Origin: a virus
Lineage: Duplodnaviria; Caudoviricetes
Virus record (IMG/VR): IMGVR_UViG_3300025396_000073
Span: 1-24,186 of that record
Length of the DNA stretch: 24,186 bases
Direction: 5' to 3' (one strand)
Shown here piece by piece: positions 8,683-15,967 of the stretch (position 1 is its first letter; every line of letters starts with the position of its first letter). Under the pieces are notes generated by a model that saw only the letters and a list, made by a program, of their open reading frames with translations, had not been told where the DNA came from and did not search any database. Both the position numbers and the translations under genes were made by a program.

Positions 8683-9632
8683 TAGATTATCACAATGTTG
8701 ACGTTGCGATATTGGTCAAGGATATTATCAACAGTCACATTGCCTGTACCGTTAAATGCACCCTTTGCCATTTCAAATGAAATTTCACTGAGGTCAACTT
8801 TCTGCAAATATTTGTTTCTCCAGTTGTAATCGTTTGAAAGAAGATCTTGAATTAAAAGCATTGAAGCTTGTTTAATATCTTCTGGCACATACTTATAACC
8901 CATTTGCCCAACAAAACGGTATCTTGCATTATCTCTGAATTTGCCATAGTACATAACAGTTGGATCAACTTGATTGTCGTATTGAACATCCCAACCTGGG
9001 TTCACAATGCGTACACCTTTTCCTGTTGGAGTTATTTCTACTCCGAACCCAAATGTGTTCAGGTACGGCTGCAAAGTATTATCAATAACTACATAGTCAT
9101 TTTCATAAACCTGATCAATGCTCAAAATTCTTTCTGTAAGCTCAACAATGTCTGAACCAATTCCACGTACTTCTTGTGAGCCATAATATGTATAAAACTT
9201 AACGCCTGTATAACCTTCAATTATTGTTCTTGCCATTTTTTCAGCATTAGCAATTTGCTTTGGGTCAACATAATTGTCATCTGATGGTGTTGATCCAAAT
9301 CCTAGAAAGTCAATGACTTCAGATACTGTGGCATATGGAGATTCTATGCGGTAAAAATCTGTTTGTACCGCTGTTACTCCTCCAAGAGTATATGTCCATT
9401 GTACTTCTAGGACTCGGTTTACACTTGTAATTGCGGGGGTTAATAGAAAAGAATATATACCCGCTGGGGATTCATCTATAACAGACAAACCAGAAAAACC
9501 AGTCAAAGCTGTTGCATCATTATCAGCATCAAATAAAGATACTGTTGGATTACTATCTGCTTGGGTTAGAACTCCATCGCTGAATACTTCTAACTTTATT
9601 TTTACTTGGCTGTTGTTTGCTATTGTCTGCAA
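8682..9632 (-). CDS. Head-tail adaptor protein with N-terminal beta-sandwich extension
   Basis: YATVSEV...ARTIIEGYTG...GYKYVPEDIKQASMLL...VDNILDQYR is an SPP1 gp15/HK97 gp6-like pattern. The N-terminal ~100 aa look Ig-like (GIYSFLL...VQWTY). TTG start. Confidence 0.75.
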   Translation of the reverse strand: MQTIANNSQVKIKLEVFSDGVLTQADSNPTVSLFDADNDATALTGFSGLSVIDESPAGIYSFLLTPAITSVNRVLEVQWTYTLGGVTAVQTDFYRIESPYATVSEVIDFLGFGSTPSDDNYVDPKQIANAEKMARTIIEGYTGVKFYTYYGSQEVRGIGSDIVELTERILSIDQVYENDYVVIDNTLQPYLNTFGFGVEITPTGKGVRIVNPGWDVQYDNQVDPTVMYYGKFRDNARYRFVGQMGYKYVPEDIKQASMLLIQDLLSNDYNWRNKYLQKVDLSEISFEMAKGAFNGTGNVTVDNILDQYRNVNIVII

Positions 9633-9649
9633 TCAAATCGCCCCCTTTT

Positions 9650-10066
9650 TTATGCGTAGTACTCTTGAGCCTCTCGTGGAGTCGCAAGGCGGAACCCTGG
9701 CTGTGTGTCAAAAATACGCTGTGCGTCTGCCTCTGACATAGCAACGAAGGGGTGTTCTGAGGTGAATGTAAATCCACCTGTCTGGTAAGAATGATTCATT
9801 CTTTCCATCTTTACTAAAACCGAAGTTGTAGGCTTGAGAATCTTCTTTTCTCTTTGAACCTTTTCCATCTCTGAGATTTGTGGTTCTTGTTTTTCAGCAC
9901 CATCAAACTTGGCATACATCTGATAAGATATGCCTTCTTCTTCAATTGCAGCAATGATTTCTTGTTTTGTCTTTAATCCATCAACATCAACGCCAAATGA
10001 ATCTGCAACTTTTCTTAGTTCTGTAACTTTTAAATCTGAAAATGACATTAAATTTCCTTTCGTCAT
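9650..10066 (-). CDS. Hypothetical protein with N-terminal Rho-N/HeH-like helical motif (alternative start 10048)
   Basis: FSDLKVTELRKVADSFGVDVDGLKTKQEIIAAIEE. The SD-like AAAGGAAA precedes the ATG at 10048. Confidence 0.65.
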   Translation of the reverse strand: MTKGNLMSFSDLKVTELRKVADSFGVDVDGLKTKQEIIAAIEEEGISYQMYAKFDGAEKQEPQISEMEKVQREKKILKPTTSVLVKMERMNHSYQTGGFTFTSEHPFVAMSEADAQRIFDTQPGFRLATPREAQEYYA

Positions 10067-10071
10067 TGTTT

Positions 10072-10080
10072 ATTATAGCA
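10072..10080 (-). promoter_or_regulatory. Extended -10 promoter element TGCTATAAT
   Basis: Perfect TGnTATAAT immediately downstream of the capsid terminator. Confidence 0.65.
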
Positions 10081-10086
10081 GAAAAT

Positions 10087-10120
10087 GATTAAGGGAGCTA
10101 CTCTCGTAACTCCCCCAATC
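10087..10120 (-). terminator. Intrinsic terminator after major capsid gene
   Basis: GATTGGGGGAGTTAC-GAGA-GTAGCTCCCTTAATC (GNRA loop) followed by ATTTTCT. Confidence 0.75.
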
Positions 10121-10137
10121 TTGCAACTAATTAAGAA

Positions 10138-11304
10138 TTAGTATGTAGTTGTGTAACCAGCAGCGTTAGCACCACCAGTAATACCAGAACCATTGGTTAT
10201 TGAACCAAGAGCTCCACCAACTGAACCTGCAACCTTAACGTTCTTAACGATAACGTGTGCATCGTAGTTTTCCATTACACAGCCAACACGAATGTAGAGT
10301 GTATACTCAATTGTGTCCTTCTTTGGTTGGAACAAACGATAGACTGTTACGTCACGCTTGATACCAATGATGAAGTTCTGTGGGAATGTCAAGTGAATCT
10401 CGCCATGAAGACCAGAAGCACCTGCATAATCGCCTGAACGGGTCTCGTCAAACAACGGAACGTTGATGACTGGAATACCGAAAGCGAATGGAGTTACTGT
10501 ACCTGGACCACCGTCGTTAGCTGCAACATCACCACGGATGATACCTGAAGCGATATCAAATGGGGTAAAGCCAGAGCTAGTCTCTGCGGTTAGGTTGAAC
10601 AAGTAGTCTTGTACCAAGTTAGATCCTGTAAAGAAGCGAAGTTGGTTACGACGTTGCTTGTACTTACGAGGCAATGCCTTGATTGCTGCGTTGAAAATTG
10701 TCTTATCTAGACCGTTACCATTAGCATCAACAACGTGAGCGTTGTTAAGAGCCAAAGAACGGAAACCCTGGAACGCTGAAAGCAAACCTGAGCCAGTACC
10801 GAGACCATTGATGAGAACATCCTCAATATCGTTACCTGCTTGGGTAGCCATCAAACGTGCAATGTGGTCTTCTAGATCTGGACCCTCAACATTGTCTTCA
10901 AGAGACTCTGCTGAAAGTTCCCAATCAAGACGTAGCTTACGAGTAGTAAGCGATACCTTGTTAAATTGTGCATTCTGAGCAGAGAAAGTTGATCCATTAG
11001 CATTTGTATAGCCATCTGGAGTTCCACCTGCAACAAAGTTGCGTGGATTATCTTCCTGTGCAACTGTCATGATACGTTGTCCAACTGCGACACGATCAAT
11101 TTCAGTTGTGTTTGAACGCATGCGGATTGTACGTGCTGTCTTAGCAAGAATCGTAGCATCCCACATGTAATCCAGGAAGCGGTTAGCTTGATCTGGATAT
11201 AGGAGACCATTACCTGAAAGGGTAGATGCGTCACCTGATGCATTGACTGCTGACGAACCGAGATCCGTAGTATCAATTACTTTTTGTAGAAGTTCATTAC
11301 TCAT
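10138..11304 (-). CDS. Major capsid protein (HK97 fold)
   Basis: GLLYPDQANRFLD...LTTRKLRLDWELSAESLEDNVEG...LEDHIARLMATQAGNDIEDVLING...ALPRKY...FGIPVINVP...NFIIGIKRDVTV. Follows the protease gene. Confidence 0.93.
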   Translation of the reverse strand: MSNELLQKVIDTTDLGSSAVNASGDASTLSGNGLLYPDQANRFLDYMWDATILAKTARTIRMRSNTTEIDRVAVGQRIMTVAQEDNPRNFVAGGTPDGYTNANGSTFSAQNAQFNKVSLTTRKLRLDWELSAESLEDNVEGPDLEDHIARLMATQAGNDIEDVLINGLGTGSGLLSAFQGFRSLALNNAHVVDANGNGLDKTIFNAAIKALPRKYKQRRNQLRFFTGSNLVQDYLFNLTAETSSGFTPFDIASGIIRGDVAANDGGPGTVTPFAFGIPVINVPLFDETRSGDYAGASGLHGEIHLTFPQNFIIGIKRDVTVYRLFQPKKDTIEYTLYIRVGCVMENYDAHVIVKNVKVAGSVGGALGSITNGSGITGGANAAGYTTTY

Positions 11305-11307
11305 TTA

Positions 11308-11327
11308 TTTATTTCACCACCTTATTT
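11308..11327 (-). promoter_or_regulatory. 20-nt translation-initiation element AAATAAGGTGGTGAAATAAA (copy 2)
   Basis: Identical to 6921-6940, at the same 3-nt distance from the ATG. Confidence 0.7.
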
Positions 11328-11340
11328 TTTGTTAGATTTT

Positions 11341-11856
11341 TTATAGGTTATTAACACCGAGGAAGTGTCCTTGCCATATACTTTTTTGGATTTTTGTATC
11401 CTCTACTGGTCCCGAAAGATCAGTAGACTTCTTAACTGCAGTTGCGGACTCAAAGCCCTTTAGCTGGTGATCAACATAGTCAATCTTTCCATACATATCC
11501 GTAACTGACTTTTGTAGGGCTTCATGCTTTTCTACAAGCTCTGTGTGGGACTTCTTCATTTCCTCAAATGAATCATTCACCTTTGCAAGCTCTGCAGTGG
11601 TTACATCAATAACCTTCTGAAGATCTGCAATCGTAGCTGATTGTAGGGCATAATTCTTTTCAATAGACTCACCAAAGAAGGTCTTGAGGTCAGTGACCAT
11701 CTTTGTAAAATCAAGTGTATCTTCAACTTCAGAGATTTCTACAGCCTTTTCAATTTCGGTTGTAGCATCTGATGTCTCATCTACAGATGAAACTTCTTCG
11801 GCTGGAGTCTCTGCATCAATTGACTTCTCAATTTCAACATTTGTATCTTCTGCCAT
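11341..11856 (-). CDS. Nested in-frame scaffolding protein (171 aa)
   Basis: Perfect SD AAGGAGGT (11863-11870) 6 nt before an in-frame ATG (MAEDTNVEIEKS...) at the protease/coiled-coil boundary. Confidence 0.7.
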   Translation of the reverse strand: MAEDTNVEIEKSIDAETPAEEVSSVDETSDATTEIEKAVEISEVEDTLDFTKMVTDLKTFFGESIEKNYALQSATIADLQKVIDVTTAELAKVNDSFEEMKKSHTELVEKHEALQKSVTDMYGKIDYVDHQLKGFESATAVKKSTDLSGPVEDTKIQKSIWQGHFLGVNNL

Positions 11857-12741
11857 TTTGTTACCTCCTTCGTTGAGTGAAATATCATCACTCTTTTTAA
11901 GTCCGTCCTCAAACGTGACTTTTTTCTTGCTATTTTGATCAGGATAAAGATTGATTGTGCCTGAGCTATCAATTACATTTCCCGTCAAACCTGGTGCTGC
12001 AGACTCTGTATCTGCATGTGCTGCTGTTGGAGCATCATCTTTCTTGAAATAAGAATCAATTACTTTTTCAATTGTTTCAAGCTTCTCAACATCTGCTTGC
12101 TCTACCCATCCAATGTTTGTCATTTCTCCATCGCAAACTACACAACTTTTAGTTGTTGCAGTTGATGTTGAAGCAACTTCATCTGTTGAACACCAGAAAA
12201 CATTTTCTGTTACAATGCCTTCTGCCATCTTCTGAATAGAAAAAATATTTGCCAGCTGATTTGCTGGTGAGTCTACTAGTGAAAGCTCATGCAATTCATA
12301 GTCATGGATAACACGACGATCTTGTCCGCTTCCGTCATCTGACTTCTCCATCTTTGCATCATTGATGTTTCCACCAATTGAAAAACCTGAATATGTTCCA
12401 TCAAGAACTTTTTCCCAGGCATCCTGTGCACCCTTTGAGATATAGGCTGTTACATAAATTCCGTTATATTTCTTATTAGTCTCTGGATCAAAAAATGAAT
12501 CCTCTTTAAAGTTGATCATCTTGCCTACTGCAGATGGGCCATGCATTTCTCGGATATTTCCCCTGAATCTTTCAAAGGCCTTCTTGCTGGCATCCGCCGT
12601 AACTATATCGCCGTGGCGATCAACATTGTCTAGTGAAGCAAATCCTGAAACTGTTCTCTTTTCCTTATTTACCTTAGAAATAGGAAAGGACAAAGCCATT
12701 GATGATTCGCTATTGTTCCAATAAGTTTTTTGTAATTTCAT
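11341..12741 (-). CDS. Prohead maturation protease fused to acidic coiled-coil scaffold
   Basis: HK97-type protease motifs VSGFASLDNVDRHGDIV, IREMH, YSGFSIGG, ELSLVDSPAN. The C-terminal part is acidic and heptad-rich. Confidence 0.9.
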   Translation of the reverse strand: MKLQKTYWNNSESSMALSFPISKVNKEKRTVSGFASLDNVDRHGDIVTADASKKAFERFRGNIREMHGPSAVGKMINFKEDSFFDPETNKKYNGIYVTAYISKGAQDAWEKVLDGTYSGFSIGGNINDAKMEKSDDGSGQDRRVIHDYELHELSLVDSPANQLANIFSIQKMAEGIVTENVFWCSTDEVASTSTATTKSCVVCDGEMTNIGWVEQADVEKLETIEKVIDSYFKKDDAPTAAHADTESAAPGLTGNVIDSSGTINLYPDQNSKKKVTFEDGLKKSDDISLNEGGNKMAEDTNVEIEKSIDAETPAEEVSSVDETSDATTEIEKAVEISEVEDTLDFTKMVTDLKTFFGESIEKNYALQSATIADLQKVIDVTTAELAKVNDSFEEMKKSHTELVEKHEALQKSVTDMYGKIDYVDHQLKGFESATAVKKSTDLSGPVEDTKIQKSIWQGHFLGVNNL

Positions 12742-12751
12742 AGTTAAATAA

Positions 12752-12760
12752 ATAATAGCA
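12752..12760 (-). promoter_or_regulatory. Extended -10 element TGCTATTAT upstream of protease
   Basis: TGnTAnnnT 10 nt from the ATG, with no SD in between. Confidence 0.55.
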
Positions 12761-12793
12761 AGTTTTATAAATAACTCATAATTTTGGGTGAAA

Positions 12794-13135
12794 TTATTTT
12801 ATAATACCGCTATTGATTTGGATGACTTTTTTGACATCCGCCCCTTCTGGTTTGTATTCTAATCCTGCCGTTGATGGAGGCGGGGTGTTTGGATTGTGAT
12901 CTTCTATGTTAGAAACATAGGGAGTTTGAATATGTGAATCTGGAGCTACATTTGGACTAGCCATAGAGTTGTGGGATACAAGACCACCTGTTACAAATCC
13001 TACTGCTACATAGGCTAAATGTGATATATCATGCTGAAATCCAGTAGCTGCCCATGTTGAAAATGAACTTGTCATTGCAATTCCCAGGGTTTTAGCATCA
13101 AAAATATTGAACTTAAAATGATGTTTTAGGCTCAT
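12794..13135 (-). CDS. Putative holin/membrane protein
   Basis: Two short hydrophobic segments (TLGIAMTSSFSTWAATGF; LAYVAVGFVTGGLV) and a hydrophilic tail. ATGA-coupled to the endolysin. Confidence 0.5.
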   Translation of the reverse strand: MSLKHHFKFNIFDAKTLGIAMTSSFSTWAATGFQHDISHLAYVAVGFVTGGLVSHNSMASPNVAPDSHIQTPYVSNIEDHNPNTPPPSTAGLEYKPEGADVKKVIQINSGIIK

Positions 13136-13998
13136 AGTGAACCCTTTAATGTATCATAAACTATTTGTGGAACTGCTCCTGCTTTTACTATAATTCCCGC
13201 CTTTTTATCAAATATAGCAAGAGCTGCTTGAGTTTGAGTATTCATAGTTCCTGTGGCGTATTTTGCTACAAGAAGTCCTTTTTTAACAAGAGCTTTTTGA
13301 ACTGTTAGAACTGCATCATTAGTTTGACCCAAGGCAAAAGACTTTGATGTTGTAGGAAATGGTGGTGCATAAAAAGCTGTCGGAGTTGGTGTTGGAACAA
13401 CTTTAGCTGAACTGGTTGTTGCTGCTGTACCATGCAATGCTGCTGCCGTTGCTGCTGCGGCTGTCCCAGTGGCTGCTACACCTGCTGTTGCCTTCTTGCT
13501 TGTGACACCCTTTGAAACAGGTTTTAATGGCACTGGATACCTAGGTCTTACAATTGCCATGACATAAAGATATGGGCGATGCTCTCTATAACATCCGCCG
13601 CCATTTGCTGCTGCTCTTGTATTTTGATCACCAGTATTAAAACCAATTGTTGTTAATCCATCTGCAGATGCTGCCTCAACAATTTCAACATGCTCTGCTA
13701 CGCCAGTTCCCCATGAAAAGAAAACAAGGTCTCCAGGCTGTGCTTGATATTTATTTACAACTAATCCTTGGCGTTGAAACCAATTTAATCCTGCAGGACA
13801 ATACGCAAAACCTTTTGGAGTTTGTGCTGCAACAAGACTAGACAAGCCTACTTGTGCAAAACACCAACTAATTCCCATTGCACAATAACTAGCGTTTGGA
13901 ATACCATACCAAATTCCGTATGGATTTTCATTAATAGGTCCTTCAATAAAACCTATCTGGCTTCTGGCAACATTTAATACATCTTGTGCTGTTGCCAC
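13132..13998 (-). CDS. Endolysin: CHAP amidase/peptidase, Ala/Thr linker, peptidoglycan-binding domain
   Basis: ARSQIG.EGP, YCAM (C39), PGDLVFF, HVEIV (H103), TIGFNT. C-terminal LGQTNDAVLTVQKAL...G.MNTQTQAAL..F...G is PG_binding_1-like. Confidence 0.88.
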   Translation of the reverse strand: MATAQDVLNVARSQIGFIEGPINENPYGIWYGIPNASYCAMGISWCFAQVGLSSLVAAQTPKGFAYCPAGLNWFQRQGLVVNKYQAQPGDLVFFSWGTGVAEHVEIVEAASADGLTTIGFNTGDQNTRAAANGGGCYREHRPYLYVMAIVRPRYPVPLKPVSKGVTSKKATAGVAATGTAAAATAAALHGTAATTSSAKVVPTPTPTAFYAPPFPTTSKSFALGQTNDAVLTVQKALVKKGLLVAKYATGTMNTQTQAALAIFDKKAGIIVKAGAVPQIVYDTLKGSL

Positions 13999-14001
13999 TT
14001 T

Positions 14002-15576
14002 TTATGCCTGTTGTCTTCCTTCTCCTTGTGGAGCACGACCCGTTCCCATTTTATCAGGAGCGTTTAAAGTTCTTTCTTGGTCACGTGTTTTATTTCCACT
14101 GAAATCAGATGCTGCGTCTTGTTGTGCTTTAGGATTAATAATTAGCACTGCATCGCCGCCTGTAAGAGGAGCCATGCCACGACGTGCACGAACTTCGTTA
14201 GGAGTAATAACTTGATCCTTGAGATATCTATCATCAATGCGAGATTGTGTTTCTTCATCTGTAAGTGCAAGTTCATTAAATCGCAATACAAAAGCATCAG
14301 TAAATTCTCTGATTATCAAGTTAACTTTAAACTCAAGCTCTTCTTGTCTTGGACGACACACTTGCTCTTTAAATGTCTTATCAGCATCTTTAGCATTTGC
14401 TAGCGATACACCTTGTGGCATGCCAATCTTAGATACTGGAACTCTATGTGCAATAAGAATACGATCTCTATTTTCTACTGCATAGTTTTTAAATGATGAA
14501 TCTTGAACTCCCGCCTCAACTGGCTTCATTTCAAACTCAACACGACCCTGCTCTCCGTCTGATGGAAGCGGGATATAAAGTGTTCTATGGTTTCTTCCCT
14601 TGAGTCCAGTCTGGAAGAATTCAAGCAATTTACGCTCTGAATCAGCAGTTAGCTTTGCACCCTTTACAACAATAATATAACGTGGGACAGCTTTGTTCTC
14701 AAAGTAATCCAAGTTAAATCTTTGTGCAAATTCATCACCTGCTACTGCATTCTTTGCTGAAAGAATATCTGGTACTCCATAGTAAGTATTGGAAGGAGTA
14801 AAGACTTTGAAGTGAATTACTTCGTTTGGCTGGGGGTCAGTTCCAATCTGATCTGGGGTCTCGGTATCACCGAAGTTTCTAAAAAATGTATAACGATTAT
14901 AAACAACCTGAACAAAGCCATCACGGTGACGACGAATTCTCATAGTTGTTGTAGGAATATGTCCGATATAGCCAATCTTACCCTGAGTTGTACGACCAAC
15001 TTCAAGATAAGCATTTCCTGTTGACTCTAGGTCAATGAATACTTTCTTCATTGTTTCTGTAAATGAATCATCAGAGTTTAAAGACTCTAGGTACTCACGC
15101 AATTGAACTTTTGCTTGCTCAATCTTTGAACGAAGCTTATCAAGCTTCTTTGGTGTATCCATTGAATCTTCAATTTTCATTGTTGTTGCCCATGTATTAT
15201 CAAATTGATATCCTAGACCAACTACGTTTGCGGCCTTAGCATTTACTGCTGAGTGATGATATGGAGATACATCATAAAGCTGTGCTAGATAAAGTACGTT
15301 GTATGGTGGCTGAACAATCTGAAAAAGTGAATAACCTGTAAGATCAAGTGGATCAAGTTTCTTAGACTTTGCATCTCCCTGCCCCGTAAATGACTTTTGC
15401 ATTCTATCAACTTTGCGTCGGAAATTTGGACCTAGTCCGTCTGCCTTTTTAATTTCATCCCAGGTCAAGCTGAATGGGTCAGCAAAATCAGACTCTACTG
15501 TATGCTGTGTTCCCATCTTAATAGTAACGCCCTTATCGTCGTCATCAAAGTCATCTGCTACTGTTAAATTAACCAA
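14002..15576 (-). CDS. Portal protein
   Basis: DLESTGNAYLEVGR, NEVIHFK, YYGVPDI, YFENKAVP, ILIAHRVP..IG, ITPNEVRARRGMAPLTGGD are HK97/PBSX-type portal motifs. TTG start overlaps the upstream gene. Confidence 0.93.
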   Translation of the reverse strand: MVNLTVADDFDDDDKGVTIKMGTQHTVESDFADPFSLTWDEIKKADGLGPNFRRKVDRMQKSFTGQGDAKSKKLDPLDLTGYSLFQIVQPPYNVLYLAQLYDVSPYHHSAVNAKAANVVGLGYQFDNTWATTMKIEDSMDTPKKLDKLRSKIEQAKVQLREYLESLNSDDSFTETMKKVFIDLESTGNAYLEVGRTTQGKIGYIGHIPTTTMRIRRHRDGFVQVVYNRYTFFRNFGDTETPDQIGTDPQPNEVIHFKVFTPSNTYYGVPDILSAKNAVAGDEFAQRFNLDYFENKAVPRYIIVVKGAKLTADSERKLLEFFQTGLKGRNHRTLYIPLPSDGEQGRVEFEMKPVEAGVQDSSFKNYAVENRDRILIAHRVPVSKIGMPQGVSLANAKDADKTFKEQVCRPRQEELEFKVNLIIREFTDAFVLRFNELALTDEETQSRIDDRYLKDQVITPNEVRARRGMAPLTGGDAVLIINPKAQQDAASDFSGNKTRDQERTLNAPDKMGTGRAPQGEGRQQA

Positions 15577-15907
15577 GTTCCATCTCCCTCATCTCTTTAA
15601 CATATTCCATCATAGCTGGTAGATCTTGTGGATCTGGCACTAGGCCCATCTCAGCTCTCTGGCGTTGTTCTTCCAATTCTTCATCAGTTACAACTCTATG
15701 TCCTGCAAAAAACATTGGCTTACCCTCAGATACACCATAATTCTTTGCTGCTTCTTTTAGCTTTTTAATCTGGCGAATATCGCCTTTCATGGACGGGATG
15801 CTCAAATAGGCTCCTTCATCATCCATAACAATCTTGTCATCTGGCATAACCCAAGCGTAAATACCATAATTTACTTCATCTACGGGGGTAATCTTCATTC
15901 TAGGCAT
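15569..15907 (-). CDS. Hypothetical protein translationally linked to portal
   Basis: 112-aa ORF overlapping the portal start by 8 nt. Confidence 0.75.
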   Translation of the reverse strand: MPRMKITPVDEVNYGIYAWVMPDDKIVMDDEGAYLSIPSMKGDIRQIKKLKEAAKNYGVSEGKPMFFAGHRVVTDEELEEQRQRAEMGLVPDPQDLPAMMEYVKEMREMELG

Positions 15908-15913
15908 ATATGT

Positions 15914-15922
15914 ATAATACCA
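15914..15922 (-). promoter_or_regulatory. Extended -10 element TGGTATTAT, probably a leaderless transcript
   Basis: The hexamer ends 6 nt before the ATG at 15907, with no SD. Confidence 0.6.
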
Positions 15923-15967
15923 TTATATTTGGATAAAGCCCAAAATTTGAACATCTGCCTGCCATTT

